Origin: Squalus acanthias
Lineage: Eukaryota
Assembly (NCBI GenBank): GCA_030390025.1
Contig: CM059433.1
Location: forward strand, 24,554,001-24,618,000
Reading direction: 5' to 3'
DNA: 64,000 nt
In this document: positions 25,106 to 39,730 of the stretch, in pieces
Layout of the letters: every line of letters begins with the position of its first letter
How positions within the stretch are numbered: the first letter of the stretch is position 1
Notes under the pieces: generated by a model
The model's input: the letters and a program-made list of their open reading frames with translations, nothing else
Databases searched by the model: none
What the model was told of the DNA's origin: nothing
Position numbers and translations under genes: made by a program

Positions 25106-26438
25106 TTTACAGTTATCCAAACATGAATAACTATTATTGATTAGCTCTAAACTACTAAACTAGCTACAATACAATTTTACACAAACAGAAGCTCTATTTG
25201 AATCTTTCCACTATTTTAGGTTTACATGTAATGTACCTTAAGGTGCCTTGATCTGATTGAACTTTTCAAAAGGCGGCAGCAACAATTTATTAAGTATTGG
25301 CTAAAAATCAGCTTTGCACTCAAACAAAAAGATTGGCACGATCACCTCAGGTCTATCTCCGAGGTGAAGATCAGGTCAAAACGCAGTGCTTTTTGGCAGA
25401 GTAAGCGCAATGATGTATTTCCCACTTTTTAAAATAAAAATATAAAAACTGAATCATATTGTAAATTCAAAATTGCAGCAAACTGTTGTTACATTTTGTA
25501 TTACTGTAGTTCATTGGATAGTCCATTTTAATTTTCATAAGACACAAAGCAGCATGGTAATATTAGCATTTCTAAATTGTAGGGTGGGGTAAAGAGAATC
25601 CAGTCTAACATCACATCATTGTGAATTACCTTCACATTTCATGGTGTGCTTTTTAAAAAAAAAGTTCTTTAAAATTTCATATTGCCTGCTATTTTCTTCA
25701 ACATGCTTGTATGTAAATCAAGAAAAAGGACAATGAAAAGTTTGGCAAGAGGGCATGTATGACAACTACAGCCTTGAATCAGACCTTGCATGTAACTCCT
25801 TTAGATAGCTTACACATGGACTTTGTCACTCCCATTTTAATTTACAACAACCAACTTTGTCTGGAGCGGGGGGAATTCTTTAAGAGTGGCTAAAACTAAA
25901 CACTGCATGGTGGTGTACCATATTAAGGTAGCCTGGGTTAGGCACTTGCTTGCACTGACATTACAGATACAGTCACCCTTGCTCTTTTATAGCACTACTG
26001 GAGTCAGTTACCAACTCTCTCAAGTTACACTTTCACCATCATTGCTTAATTTACAAAAGCAGTGTGCTTTGTTTTCAAGAACTCAGATGCAAATGTTTGA
26101 CTGCACTGCTAACAATAGCACGTAGATTTGACTGATCACAAGAACTTTTACTGGTCACACTGAAGCTGTTCTTCCTGGTTAATCATGACATGTTGAGAGA
26201 ATTTATTTCATCATCTTGCCAGCCATCAAAGATTGCACAAGTAACCAGAAGTCCTGGTTAACAAAACACATTCTGTATCTCAGAAGTGCACTTCTCTCAA
26301 CAACTTGCATTTATATAGCACCTTTAACGTAGTAAAACGTCCCAAGGCGCTTTCACTCAGCAATTTTAAACCACTGAAGATTACCAGTCAAACTTTGTTT
26401 AAAGAAACACTGACATCAATAGTACTGTATAATTTGCT

Positions 26439-26444
26439 TTTATT
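26439..26444 (-). terminator. RPL11: RPL11 polyadenylation signal
   Basis: AATAAA on minus strand 23 nt after the stop codon; short 3'UTR as typical of ribosomal protein genes. Confidence 0.8.
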
Positions 26445-26467
26445 GCATGTTTCACGTGCTCTTCAAA

Positions 26468-26497
26468 TTACTTTCCAGGCAGGAGGATACCATCATA
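26468..26497 (-). CDS. RPL11: 60S ribosomal protein L11 (uL5), exon 6
   Basis: tttcag|TATGATGGTATCCTCCTGCCTGGAAAGTAA = YDGILLPGK-stop. Confidence 0.95.
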   Translation of the reverse strand, partial: YDGILLPGK

Positions 26498-27980
26498 CTG
26501 AAAAACAAAGGAAACAAAATATTAACCAAAGATTACACTAGTGAGCATGCAGTACATTTGACAAACTGACTGAAGATGAGCTGCATCCTCAACATTTCAA
26601 TCCTCACCCAACTGCTCCCAAATCTCTGGAGAACCAAGGCTCAGTTTCAAAGTACTATCCCTAATGCTGAAGCTTCTATAATTACTGACAAGATAGAAGC
26701 TTGAAAGAGGCATGTTCTGTGTTTTAGAAGCTGCATATGAAACTACAAGATTGTTTTCATGTACATCACCAGAAACCCAAATGTCATTCAATATAAGCGA
26801 CACCCCAAGAGATGGCAAAGCTATATAGAGAAATATCGACAAATGTACGGAATTATGCCAGTTCAGTTGCCTCCCAAGTTTCCAATCTCAGACGCAAAGA
26901 GGGAAAATGGGAACCACTCTCGTGTCACATCAGTTAAGGAGCAAGAGAATTGAATTGGGAATAGGTCAACCACCCAGTACCCATGCAGGTGGTGCATGGG
27001 TTACGACACATGGGGGTGGGGGGGGGGGAAGAAAATGGATGAATTGGTCTTTAAAAAATAATTGATTGGTGAAACGGGTTTATTCGCAAGCAGCTGTTGA
27101 AAAAGTCTGAAACTGGTAATTTGCTAAATTCTAAATGCACAAGCTTTGTCCCAGATTAGTTAAAAAAGATTTTAAGAACTGAACTTACATCATTTACACC
27201 TCCCCCCCCTCTGCCTACTGTTTTTTTTGGTGACTGCTAATTCCTAGAGCTTTTAACACTTGCACACCAGCCAGATTGCTAAAAAGGTCAATGCGGTACT
27301 TCAGATTAATTCAGGGAGGAGTGGTCCATTGGCAGACTGGTACATACAATCATCTCTGGTCTACTGATTGCTGCATACAGCTGGGATCTCCAAGTTTAGC
27401 AACACTGCACTGGAAAGGCAACAGTGCGCCACCTAGTTGTGACATACCCAACTGTTCAGTTAGTACTGGAATTCAAACTGAGGAAGGATTGTGTCTTAAA
27501 ACAAAAGATCCCAACATAGGATCTTATTAGATCGGCAGGGCTATATTCTTTAAAAAGATAAAAACACAAATGCTCAAAAAACTCAACAGTTGTATCCTAG
27601 ATCAAAGCTACCACTTAATGCAGCACCTCAGCAATCTTTTAGTTGACCCACTATTTGGGAATGGGGGAAAAAGGGGGAGGACCAGAAGCCACATTGAAAA
27701 GTCACAGCAACTTTGATCAGGAATCGTCTGTATAAAAAGTTTTTAAATCTTCTAAATCTCTCCCCCCCCCCAGCAATACCAGTGTATTTATTCTGCAGTC
27801 TTCTTAGATATCTAAACATTTTAAACATGTTGGAGATGAAGACAGATTTATAATATGGCATACGAGTGTTTCTGACCAGCTGTAAATTCATGGTTTGTAT
27901 TTTCCATATGGTCTGAACATAAAGGCAGTGTGGATAAGAGGGAAGAAACAAGAGGGACATTAGAATCAGATGCTGCTTAC

Positions 27981-28091
27981 TTTCTGCTGGAACCACCTCA
28001 TTGATTCCTCCTTGGAAATTTTGTGCCTTGAACCAATGCGCCCCCTTTTCACCTTTTTATCAGAAATACTGAAACCAGGCCGCCCCATAAC
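27981..28091 (-). CDS. RPL11: RPL11 exon 5
   Basis: cacag|...|gtaagc; 111 nt; [37 protein letters not shown]. Confidence 0.95.
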
Positions 28092-29496
28092 CTGTGAATC
28101 ACAAACAAAAAAGACATTACTGGGCAAGAATTCAACAAGGCTAAAAAATGATTTTCCTTCTTTCTGCAAACCTGTGCCATTCCCAAGACGCGAGCTGGGT
28201 GTCAGGGTTATTACACAAGACAGCCTTGTGTACTTATATAGTATCAATTTGGCATGAACAGATTCTCATACTATGTCAAGGGTGTTCATGGAGATACTCT
28301 AAATTCATCATCTCAAACTGCTCCTACCACTATCAGCTATAATTACAAGCCTGGAACAGCCAGTACTTTGTCCTAGTTCAAATATACAGCTTGAAATGTT
28401 CTCTCCAAATACAAACCAATCTTGGAAAGGCAAAATATATAATCCTACTGCTGGTGCGGCTACTACAAGTGGAATAATATGAATATTTCCCGTTGCCTAC
28501 CATTATGATTTATTGAAATGCTTGTGGGGTTCAGTGCTATTAATCAGATTAGCAGTATGTCTAATCTCAGTCCATGGTATCACCATAGAATAAGTTATGA
28601 AATCTTTTCCCACCCTGAAAAAAAGACAATATTGCTAATTTGTTTCTATTTAAAATTGTTCAGAAACAATTTGCTTAAGGACACTGCTGTAAAGGATGGT
28701 GTGGCTTTGCTTTGAAGGAAGTTGTGAATACTGGAGTTCCTGTTACTGCTGTATTGTAGTCAGGTCCTGGGAGAGCCAGCTAGCTGTGGCACTGTCTCTC
28801 ACTTACCATTCTAATGTGCAGTTGGCCATGCTGTAAAAAAGCTGCACTGTGGAGAGCTGTTAATTTGAGTGTAGACTGGCTGTGACATTTTGGCCAGTGC
28901 AGAGATTAGCGATATTGTGCCATGACAGAAAACTTGCGAGTGAATGCAACCAATTGCTTATTGCATATTTAACATGTGCTCCACCCAATAACAGATTGCC
29001 TATTTAAAATGAGAGGTCCAACCATCTGAGGTACTGGTGAGCAGAGTGCATGGTGCTGTGTGGATTGTAAGCAGCTGGTGTTACATTCTATAGGCTCTGC
29101 TTGCTGCCTGTCAATGCTGGTATTGAAATATTAATCTTTGCAATCAGATGTAGTGATCATCTGATGATTAAATGTGGATCTGCCCAAATCAAAAACACAC
29201 TGCACCTGAAAACCACAGTAGGCATACTTGGCACACATGCTATTGTTAAAAATGTAGGTTTTTTTGCATGTTTGCGCGAATAGTCGGATGTAAAGTTAGC
29301 AAGCACCCCCTGGTATGACATGAAGTGCAATCACGGCTGTAGTAAATACGACAATGTGTTAATCTTTGTACCTGTATTAATTACCAATGTCTGGATTTGG
29401 GCTACCAATAGGTCATTTTCTAACTTGCACAGTATCTCCCTTTGTCAGCATGTTGCAAGAATTAACTATAAAGCTGAAAGCAGTTTATACATCTCA

Positions 29497-29640
<144 letters not shown>

Positions 29641-32335
29641 CTAAAAAAAAGTTGTAATATTTATATAGAGCTGAAGCATAAATGTTGATTAATTCTAGGC
29701 GAGAAACTTCAGTGCTAGAGAATGGATCACTTTTACTTCTATTAGTACCCAGTGTCAACATCGAATGCTCACAGGTTACGGAAAGCATGGCCAGATGCCC
29801 AGAAAACCTCACTTTACACGTAGCTTCCAAAAGCTCAGCAGGTAAGCACACTGCCCAATAGGATACTGAGCCACAAATACACGCTAGATCCCAGGTATGA
29901 CCTCTGGTCTGCACCAAGTTAGTTCATCTCAGCTAGGCTTGCCATGGGGGCACCACAGTTGGCCTTGGTTTCCTGGATTTGGGGTGGGGAGGGGGGCAGC
30001 AGCAGGTGAACCAGCCAGGGTCTCTTCATTCCAGCAGAGGGGTAACTGGATAAACAAGTGAAAATGTGTGAAAGGCAGTCGAGGACAGGACAAGACTCGT
30101 GATGCCTCCCATATTCAAACGCCCTACTCATACTCACTATCTCAGCATTCCATACAAAGTCTGTCCATTTGGATAAGGTAAAAGGGACTGCTGAACCCTA
30201 TCCAACTGTGCCTCAGTAGGAGGCAACACCTTCAAGGAGGGGAGAGAAAAAAATTGACAAGATGAAGGATGAACATTCTGCCTCAGCAGCATCTCAGCAT
30301 TAACGTCAGACCTGCATCTCCTACTGCAGCATTGTCTATTCCCCCCCACTTCCCACATCAACATCAACAATCCTTGAGGCTTCCCTGCAAGAGACTGCTC
30401 ATTCATTATATACAAGATCAGTACATCCAGAGAAGGTGTGTTGTGTTTGTCACTTTGGGCTGGATTCAAAGGTAAAGATACAATGTGTTCCAACAACTCG
30501 CACCATCCCAGTACACTTCACCTCGCAACTGCACAAAGCTCATTACAAGATAAAGAATGTCTTATTACACCCATCTGGTCTTCATGAAGAATCACTGTTC
30601 TCCCACAAGCACTTCTATGCGGGAGTGTGTGTATGCAGCCTGTTCCCATGCCCTTCCAGCCTTGTAACCAGCTAGTGGGAGGTATGCAACAAGCAGGTGT
30701 TACTGTTCAATTATCTCTCCTTATGGATAAGCAGTTAGCTTTTACTCTGCACCATTTTCAGACATGACTGTTTTAAATTACAAAATACTAAATTGTTAAA
30801 TTACCAGTCAGAATCTCAAGGCGTTTCTCATGGGTATGGTGGTGTCTGCAGTGTGCAGGCCGGACTGACCACTGCCTGTCTGGGCAGAAGGCCGTAAATA
30901 GAAAGGAAGAATTGACAGTTCATGTTTGTAGTGTTGCAGCTCATATGTTGGACCATGCTAATTCCCAGGTCAGGAGGGGTATTCACTCATTGCTCATCAA
31001 TCCACATTTCAGAAGCAGTGTCTCACAGGTGCACAGTACTAATCATGACAATTTCTTCTTTTGCAATGATTTGTCCAGTAACCAATCAAGAAGCAATTAG
31101 GAACCCTACATTTATAAGTGAAACATACTACATATTGGCAGGTCTCTTGTGCAATTGCTCAGGTTTACGTTGGAGGATATGGTGCTAAATACCATGCAGT
31201 CACCAAGTCCCAACAGCAATCATTCCTCCTGGCCCAAGCAGAAATACCTCCGTATCCGGGTTCTCTCTCCACCCACTCCCCCCAAAAACAGCATCCATCT
31301 TAGTTTCTCCCTCTGAACACAGGAATGTTAATTGGAGATGTACTACTGCATATCCAAACACAAGGGCCATCATTTGTTACATGAAGAAGCAAATTCCTTA
31401 GTGCAGGTGTTGGGGGCCACAGCCACTCTGTGGCCACTGGGATTTGCAGCCTTTTATAAAACAGAAATGGATGGAATCGTAGTGCTTTGCTTGGGGATGA
31501 ACTCCTGGGCATGTGTATTTTGTTTACATTGGCAAACATGGGAAGTCAACTGGCTAGGTAGATGACAAAGTGTACCCAATGCCCAAGGTGTTCAGGGAAC
31601 TAGCAGCATGCATTGCACTGTTTCTGGTAGTGGAGGGGGGTGGGCAGGGAGTGTAAGGAATCTGTTGGAACCAAGGTTATTAAAAAAAAACACAAAAGCA
31701 TCTCTTATGTTCACTGGTCACCCTGATACCTTACCCAAGTAGCCATTACACACGCAAACCTCAACAGTGAGCGATGGCGAACCATTTGACTGTTAGGAGC
31801 GTCACAACCCCGCATCATCCCGTCCTCACCCAAACACTTCCAGCACAGTCACTAGATGGCGATCATGAGCGGGAACCCTGACTATTTAGGAACCCGCCCA
31901 ACTCGGGGATGGCAAGACCAATTGTAATGTCCATACAATAGCAGTTAATAAAAAAATGTACATCGCTATTCATTAAACAAAACTTATGCACTGTCTACAC
32001 AATCAATAGTTAACAGGACCGTGCTCAGTTAGCCAAGGAAACGGCATCTCTTTCGACTTGTTATAGCAGACCAGTTGGACCTGGGTGATTCATGCCACAG
32101 CACTACCAGTGGTGGAAGGACTAACAAACAGGCATTAGTGTTAACTATTAAAAGTAACAGAAATCGGGTGTCACCGTTGCACTTTAGGCATGGCAAGCAG
32201 GAAGTTTGCTGAATTTTATATACAGATATAAATAGATTAGTTGGTGGCCTGTCCCACTTACCATTTTCATTAATTTTAAGTAAAATTGGCTTCTAAATGC
32301 ATCAAAAATACACATCAATATATGAAATAACTCAC

Positions 32336-32442
32336 CTTTAGACCCTTTTCTAAAATTTCCTCAGCTTTGGCCCCTCGAATTGTACAATGAACAGCAATCT
32401 TCTCATTTCTTCTGATACCAAATGATCGGACAGTATAGCGAG
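32336..32442 (-). CDS. RPL11: RPL11 exon 3
   Basis: aacag|...|gtgag; 107 nt; (A)[35 protein letters not shown]. Confidence 0.95.
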
Positions 32443-32699
32443 CTGTTGAGAAATAAGCGAGTTTGGACATCTGCTGCTGTTACCGTCTCAAAATACCGAG
32501 CATCTGCTCAGTCCAGAACAAGGAAAGACCATTTCAATAACCGAAGTAGCTTAAAATCAGGGGTGTGTAAAAGAAGCAATCTACTGAACCGTTCATTAAA
32601 CTCGAAACAAATAACCCTGAAGTGCATTGGAAAAGAATTGAACATTGACATAAATTTGATGCAAGTCTAAAACCAATTTAATTGAATTTAGGGTTAGGA

Positions 32700-34280
32700 T
32701 CATAGAATCTCAGTACAGGAAGCCATTTGGCTCATCATGTGTGCCAGCTCTTTGAAAGCCATCCAATTAGTTTCCCCATAGCCCTTCTCAAGTATACATC
32801 AAATTCCCTTTTGGAAGTTACTATTGAATCTGCTTCCACCACCTGTCAGACAGTGCATTCCAGATCATAACACTCTGCTTAAACAATTGTAATCTCCCCT
32901 CTGATTCTTTTGCCAATACCTCAAATCTGATTCCTCTGGTTTCCGAACCACCCGCTAATGGAAATGGTTTCTCCTTATTTACTTTATCAAAACCCTTCAT
33001 AATTTTGAACAACTCTTAAATAATGTCTATGATAGGGTGGAAGGCAGGAAAGATTAAATGACAAAAGGTATGATTGCAAGATTAAAACCTGAGTATTTCT
33101 AGCACTTTTTATTATTTTAGTCTTATCAACTTGTCCTGCAACCTTCAAAGATTTCTGTACATACATCCCACGTACCTCTGTTCCTGCACCTGCTTTAAAT
33201 TTGTACCATTTAGTTTATATTGCCTCTCCTCATACTTCCTTGCAAAATGTGTCACTTCACACTTCTCTCTGCCATTTCACCAGTCTGTCTATGTCCTCTT
33301 TAAGTCTGCTACTATTCTCCTCACTCTTTACTACATATCTAAGTTTTGTCTCATCTGCAAACTTTGAAATTATGCCCTTTATATCAAGTCCAGGTCATTA
33401 ATATATCAAAAAAGAGCAGTGGTCCTAATACTGACCACAGGGGGACTCCACTATACACTTCCCTGCAGTTTGAAAAACAACCAGTCACCACTACTCTCTG
33501 CTTTCTCTCCGTTAGCCAATTTCGTATCCACACTGCCTCTGTCCCATTAATTTTACTAAGTCTATTATTTGGTACTTTATCAAACGCCTTTTGAAAGTCC
33601 ATATAGATAATATCAACCACACCAATCAATCCACTCCGTTACATCATCAAAAAACTCAATCAAGTTAGTCAGACACGATATGCCTTTAACAAATTTGTGC
33701 TGGCTGTTAATTAGTAACCCATGTTTTCCAAGCAACAATTAATTTTGTCCCAGATTATTGCCTCCAAGAGTTTCCCCAGCACCAACGTTAGGCTGACTGG
33801 CTTGTCGTTACTGCATTTGTCCCCTTCCCCTTTTTCCACAGGGGTGTAACATTTGCAACCCTCCAGTGCTCTGGCATCACTCCCATATCCAAGGAGGATT
33901 GAAAGATTGTGGCTATTTCCACCCTTACTTCCCTCAGCAACCTAGGTTGCATCCCATCCAGACCAGGTAACTTTTCTACTTTGAGCGCTGCCAATCTTTT
34001 AAGTACCTCTTCAATTATATCCTATCCAATTTCTCTACCCCCTCCTCCTTTACTGTGACATTGGCAGCATCCTCTTTAGTGAAGACAGATGCAAAGTACT
34101 CATTTAGCACCTCAGTCATGCCCCCTGCCTCCCCACAAGATTTCCTTTTTGGTCCCCAGTTGGCACCACCCTTCCATGTTTTATATGTTTATAAAAGTCT
34201 AGTGTTCCCTTTTGTTACCCATTAATCTTTTCTCATACACTTGCTTTGCCCCTCATTTCTTTTTTCAGTTCTCTGCACAG
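32700..34280 (-). mobile_element. CR1 LINE ORF2/3' part, decayed (small Penelope remnant at about 33020-33120)
   Basis: [45 protein letters not shown] on minus strand; CR1 tail at 32700. Confidence 0.85.
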
Positions 34281-37270
34281 TAGTTGTAATGTAGGGCAGG
34301 GTATAAAATCAGGAAATTAGAGGCACATGTAACAAAGGGTAATACAGTAATCATGGGGGACTTTAATCTACATAGACTGGGCAAACCAAATTTGTAGTAA
34401 TGGTGTGGAGGATAAATTCATGGAATGTATACAAGATAGTTTTCTAGATCAGTATTTTGAGGAACCAATTAGGGAACAGGCTAGGTTAGATCTAGTATTG
34501 TGCAATGAGAAAGGGTTAATTAATAACCTTGCAGTAAAGGGGCCTTTAGGGAAGAGTCATAACAGCACAGAAGGAGGCCATTTGACCCATCAAGTCTGTG
34601 CCGGCTCCCTGCAGAGCAATCCAGTCAGTCCCATTCCCCCGCTCTATCCCCATAAGATTATTCCCTCAAGTGCCTATCCAGTCTCCCTTTGAAAACATTG
34701 AGTGTCTCCGCTTCCACCACTTCCGTTGGCAGAGAGTTCCAGGTCCTCACCACTCGCTGCGTAAAAAAGTTTTTCCTCACATCCCCCCTGTATCTCTTGC
34801 CCAAAACCATAAATCTGTGTCCCCATGTCCTTGTACCATCAACTAGTGTGAACAGCCTTTCCCAGTCTAGCCTATCCAAACCCACCATAATCTTGTACAC
34901 CTTCATCAAATCACCCCGCAACCTCCTTTGCTCTAATGAAAACAAATCCAGCTTCTCTAACCTGTCCTTGTAGCCAAGATCTCCCATCCCATTCTGGTAA
35001 ATCTCCTCTGCACCCTCTCAAGTTGTGGCCTAACCAGCACTTTATAAAGGTTCAGCATAACTTCTCTACTTTTGTACTCAATACCCCTTATTTATGAAGC
35101 CCAAGACCCATATGCTTTGCTAACCACACTCAATATGTTCCGCCACCTTCAGGGACCTATGCACATGAACTCCCAGGTCCCTCTGTCCCGGCACACTCTT
35201 TAAAACTGTGCATTGCTTCACCCGGTTCCTTCTGCGAACATGCATCACATCACACTTCTTTATTATATTCCATCTGCCACTTGTCTGCCCATTCTGCTAG
35301 CCTATCTATGTCCTGTTGCAGTTGATTGGTATCATCCTCACTGTTTGCCAAGTTTGGGGTCATCAGCAAATTTAGAAATTCTACTGTATTCCAACATCCA
35401 GGTCATTTATATAATATCAAAAAAAGCAGTAGCCCCAACACTGACCCTTGGGAAACACCACTGTCTACCATCCTCCACAGCCTGAAAAACAGCCATTTAC
35501 CACAACTCGCTGTTTTCTATCCTTAAGCCAATTCCTTATCCAAGCTGCCACTGACCCACCTATTCCATGAGCCTCAATTTTGTTAACCAGCCTTCTATGT
35601 GGTACTTTGCCAAACGTCTTCCTAAAATCCACGTAGACAACATCCATTGCATTCCCTTCATCAATCAATTCAATTAGATTAGTCAAACACGATCTGCCTT
35701 TTACAAATCAGTGTTGGCTCTCCTTAATTAGCTTAAGCCTCTCCAAGTGCCCGTTAATTTTTTCCTTGATTGTTTCCAAAACTTTACCCACCACTGATGT
35801 TAAACTGACCTGCCTGTAGTTACTAGGATTGTCCTTACACCCTTTCTTGAACAATGGTGTCACATATGCCACTTTCCAATCCTCAGGCACCTCCCCCACA
35901 TCTAGGGAAGATTGGAAAATAATGGCAAGCCCTTCCGCTATCTCCTCCCCCAATTCCCTCAGCAACCTGGACCAGGTGACTTATCTACTCTAAGCATACC
36001 CAGCCTTTCTAGTACATCCTGTCTATCAATTTTTATCCCTTCCATTGCTTGTACCTTTCTACTTCTACCGATATTTTGTCAGCATCCACCTCCTTAGTAA
36101 ACATTGATATAAAGTACTCATTGAGTATTCTAGCCTTGCCCTGCGCCTCGAAGCATATATATCACCTTCTTTGTCACCCCTATTAGGGACAAAGAAGGTG
36201 ATATATGTTTAGAGGCGCAGGGCAAGAGAGTGACCTATGATAGAATTTTATATTAAGTTTAAAAGTGATTTAGTTAAATCCGAAACTAGGGTGTTAAATC
36301 TAAACAAAGCAAACTACGTAGGTATGAAGGGGGGGGGGGGGGGGGGGGGGGAGAGAAAGAGTTGGCTATGGTGGATTGGAAAACGACATTAAAAGGTGTG
36401 ACGGTAGACAAGCAGTGGCTAGCATTTAAAGAATTAATACATAATTTACAACAAATATACATTCCTTTAAGGCACAAAAACCCCACAGGAAAAGTGGTCC
36501 ATGAGAAGTTAAAGCTAGTATTAGATCAAAGGAAGAGGCTTATAATGTTGCCAAAAAGAGTAGTACGCCTGAGGTTTGGGAGAAGTATGGAATTCAGCAA
36601 AGGAGGACCAAGAAATTGATAAAGGGAAAATAGAATGAGAGTAAACGAGCACGAGACATAAAAACAGGCTGTAAAAGCTTCTATAAGTATGTAAAAAGGA
36701 AAAGATTAGCGAAAGTAAATGTGGGTCCCTTACAGGCCAAGACAGGAGAAATTATAATGGGGAATAAGGAAATGGCAGAGAAATTAAACTAATACTGTGT
36801 GTTTGTCTTCACGGATGACGATGCAAAAAAAAAAAAATCCTGGAAATAGTGGAGAACCAAGGGTCTAGCGAGAATGAGGAACTGAAAGAAATTAGTATTA
36901 GCAAAAAAAACTGGAGAAATTAACGGGACTGAATGCCAATAAATCCCCATGACCGCCGGATGGCCTACATCCTCGGGACTACAGACATTAGTAGGGAAAA
37001 TGCTAGAATCTATTAAGGACGTGGTAACAGGGCACTTAGAAAATAATAATAGGATTGGGTAGACTCAACACGGATTTATGAAAGGGAAATAGTTTTTGAC
37101 AAATCTTTGAGGTTGTAACTAGCAGAATAGATATGGGGGAAACCAGTGGATGTGGTGTATTTGGATTTTCAGAAGGCATTCAATAAAGGTGCCACACAAG
37201 GGGTTATTAAACAAAATTAGGGGTAATATACTAGCATGGATTGAGGATTGGTTGACGGACAGAAAACAGT
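34280..37270 (+). mobile_element. CR1 ORF2 fragment (+), split by a minus-strand CR1
   Basis: Endonuclease motifs IMGDFN and LDLVLCNE at 34350-34555; sequence resumes at about 36227 (SD..MIEF) and runs to YLDFQKAF near 37170. Confidence 0.8.
34558..36226 (-). mobile_element. CR1 3' half inserted into the + CR1, with fold-back at its 5' truncation
   Basis: ORFs 34658-34987, 35465-35686 and 35708-35965 are CR1 RT; AGAGT-like duplication at both junctions; inverted duplication at 36135-36226. Confidence 0.85.
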
Positions 37271-37485
37271 GAACAGAGGTGACACTGCTGTAAACTTATT
37301 CCACTCAGCACACTTTCAGCCAGCATCCTAGACTTTCATCCTGTATGAGTTGGATTTGAACCCAGACCCAGAGGTGAATATTGTTCTAAGCTACTGTCTT
37401 ATTTTGTTCAAAACATTCAATCCAGTACATCAGATGTGGTTTGAGGGGGGGAGGGGGGGTGAAGAAAGAAGAGTCAGAACTACTA

Positions 37486-37686
<201 letters not shown>

Positions 37687-38084
37687 TCAAGCTTCATTTA
37701 GGACAAGATTCATCCCAGTTTCTTCCCCCACAACCAAGCCATTCAAACAGAGGACTTAGTGAAAGTAAAGGACTTGCAATTACACAGTACCTTAACACAC
37801 CCTCAAGACAGTCACAGCTCTTATCTTCTGATAGGCAACCACTTGTGATTAATCACTAATATCACTTATTCGAACATGCTTGTGACAGTCAGGTACCCAA
37901 GACTGCAGGCATTCCAAAGGTGAGCACCACTGTTGTAGACAAGACTAGAAATCAAAACATGGTATTCTAGACAAGTGCCCTGAAGGTCTATTCTAGTACC
38001 AGATATAGGTAGGTGTAGAAAAAAAGGAACAATTTGAAGTAAAAGAAATGAAAGCAGCATGACTGAAGAGGCAGCCAACAAGTG

Positions 38085-39182
38085 TTTGCCATCAGCATCA
38101 GGAAGAATATATCTAGATTTCTAAAAAGGTCTTCAATAAGGTACCACATAATAGACTAATGAATAAGGTCAGAGCATGCGGAGGCAGGGGACATGTAGCT
38201 AGCTGGCTGCAAGACAGAAAGCAGCAGAGTTGGGGTAAAGGGTAGCTATTCAGAGTGGCAGAAGATAGGACGTGGGGTCCCACAAAGATTAGTGCTGGAA
38301 CCACTTCACAATTTAGACTTTGGAATCAAATACAATTTCTAAATTTGCAGACACCACCAAATTGGGAGGGAAAGTCAACATTGAGGAGGACTGCAACAAA
38401 TTAGAAGACACAAATAAAATTGCAGAATGGGCATATAATTGGCAAATGAATTTTAACAGATAAGTGAGGTTTTACATTATGGTAAGAAAGATGAGGTCAC
38501 AGTACTTGAAAAATACAAATCTCAATTGGGTAGGGTAGAGGAGCAAAGGGATCTGAGAGTTCAAATATACAAATCACAAAGTTGTGACAGTGTTTATTTA
38601 TAGAGGGATAGAATTGAAAAGTAGTGAAATTATGCTAAACTTGTATCGCACCTTGGTTAGACCACACTTGAAGTACCGTGTACAGTTCTGGTCGCCAGAT
38701 TATAAAAAGGAGAGGGGCACTAGAGGGTGCAAAAAAGATTTACAAGGATGATAGCAGAAATGCGAGGCTATACCCATCAACAAAGGATGAACAGGCTGGG
38801 TCTCTTTTCCCTTGGAAAGAGAAGGCTGAGGTCTTTAAAATTATGAAAGGTTTTGATAGAGGAGAGAGAGAAAGAGTGTTTCCACTTATGGGGAAGAGCA
38901 AAACAAGAGGGCATCAATATAAGAGTCACCAAGAAATCAAATAGGGAAAAGAAGAAACTTCTTCACCTAGAGAGTGGTGAGAATGTGGAACTTGCTAAAA
39001 CAGGCAATAGTTGAGGCAAATAGTACAGATTCATTTAAGGGGAAGCTAGCTAAGCATACAAGAGAGAAGGGAATAGAGAGTTATGCTGATAAGAGTTAGA
39101 TGAGGAAGGATGGGAAGAAGCTCGAGTGGAGCATAAACACCAGCCTGGACTGGTTGGCCTGTTTCTGTGCTGTAGATTCTAA
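38085..39182 (+). mobile_element. CR1 3' fragment, old
   Basis: ISKFADTTKLGG, TLVRPHL.Y.VQFWSP, EVFKIMKGFDR, CR1 tail. Confidence 0.8.
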
Positions 39183-39730
39183 GTAAAGCAAATAGATATA
39201 AAAAAAAGGAGCAAAAAAATTAAAGGGAGAATTAAAACAAAGTTTCAAAAACCAACCTACAAATCAGCAGAAATGTGAAGTTATTTCAAAACCACTTATA
39301 AAATAAGGCTGTAGCTGAACATGTTTCCGTAAAGCTGGGAAAGTTTCCTTTTCAATACTTCATTCGGCAGTTAATATTTTATAAAAGTGATGATAAAATG
39401 TGCTGCTTTTAGTTTAGAAATGGGCTAAATATTGGTCATAAACAGGAATTTTGCATTTTATTTGCATAAGAAATTCTTAAATCACAAGAAATTCTTCACA
39501 GCAGTGAATTTGGTGCTCTGGAATACTGCAATTAGAAATTTACATGGGCTCAATCACAGCACGTACTGAAAAAAGCTCTTGTATAGCACCTTAGCCCATC
39601 TCTCCCAACATCTCAAAGCTCTGAAGTAGTCACTGTATTTATGAAGGCAAAAGTAGCAGCCACAGCAAGATCCCACCAGCATTAATGAGGTGATTGACGA
39701 ATGAATCTGTTGAAAAATGTTGGCCATGAC

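Noticed and set aside
25330..25376. Short hairpin GATCACCTC...GAGGTGAAGATC downstream of RPL11
   Set aside because: The stem is short and imperfect, within chance expectation for 64 kb.
28202..28311. Possible box C/D snoRNA in RPL11 intron 4 (minus-strand ATGATGA ... CTGA)
   Set aside because: No terminal stem and no rRNA-complementary guide that I can recognise; the motifs are short enough to be chance. A snoscan/Infernal search would settle it.
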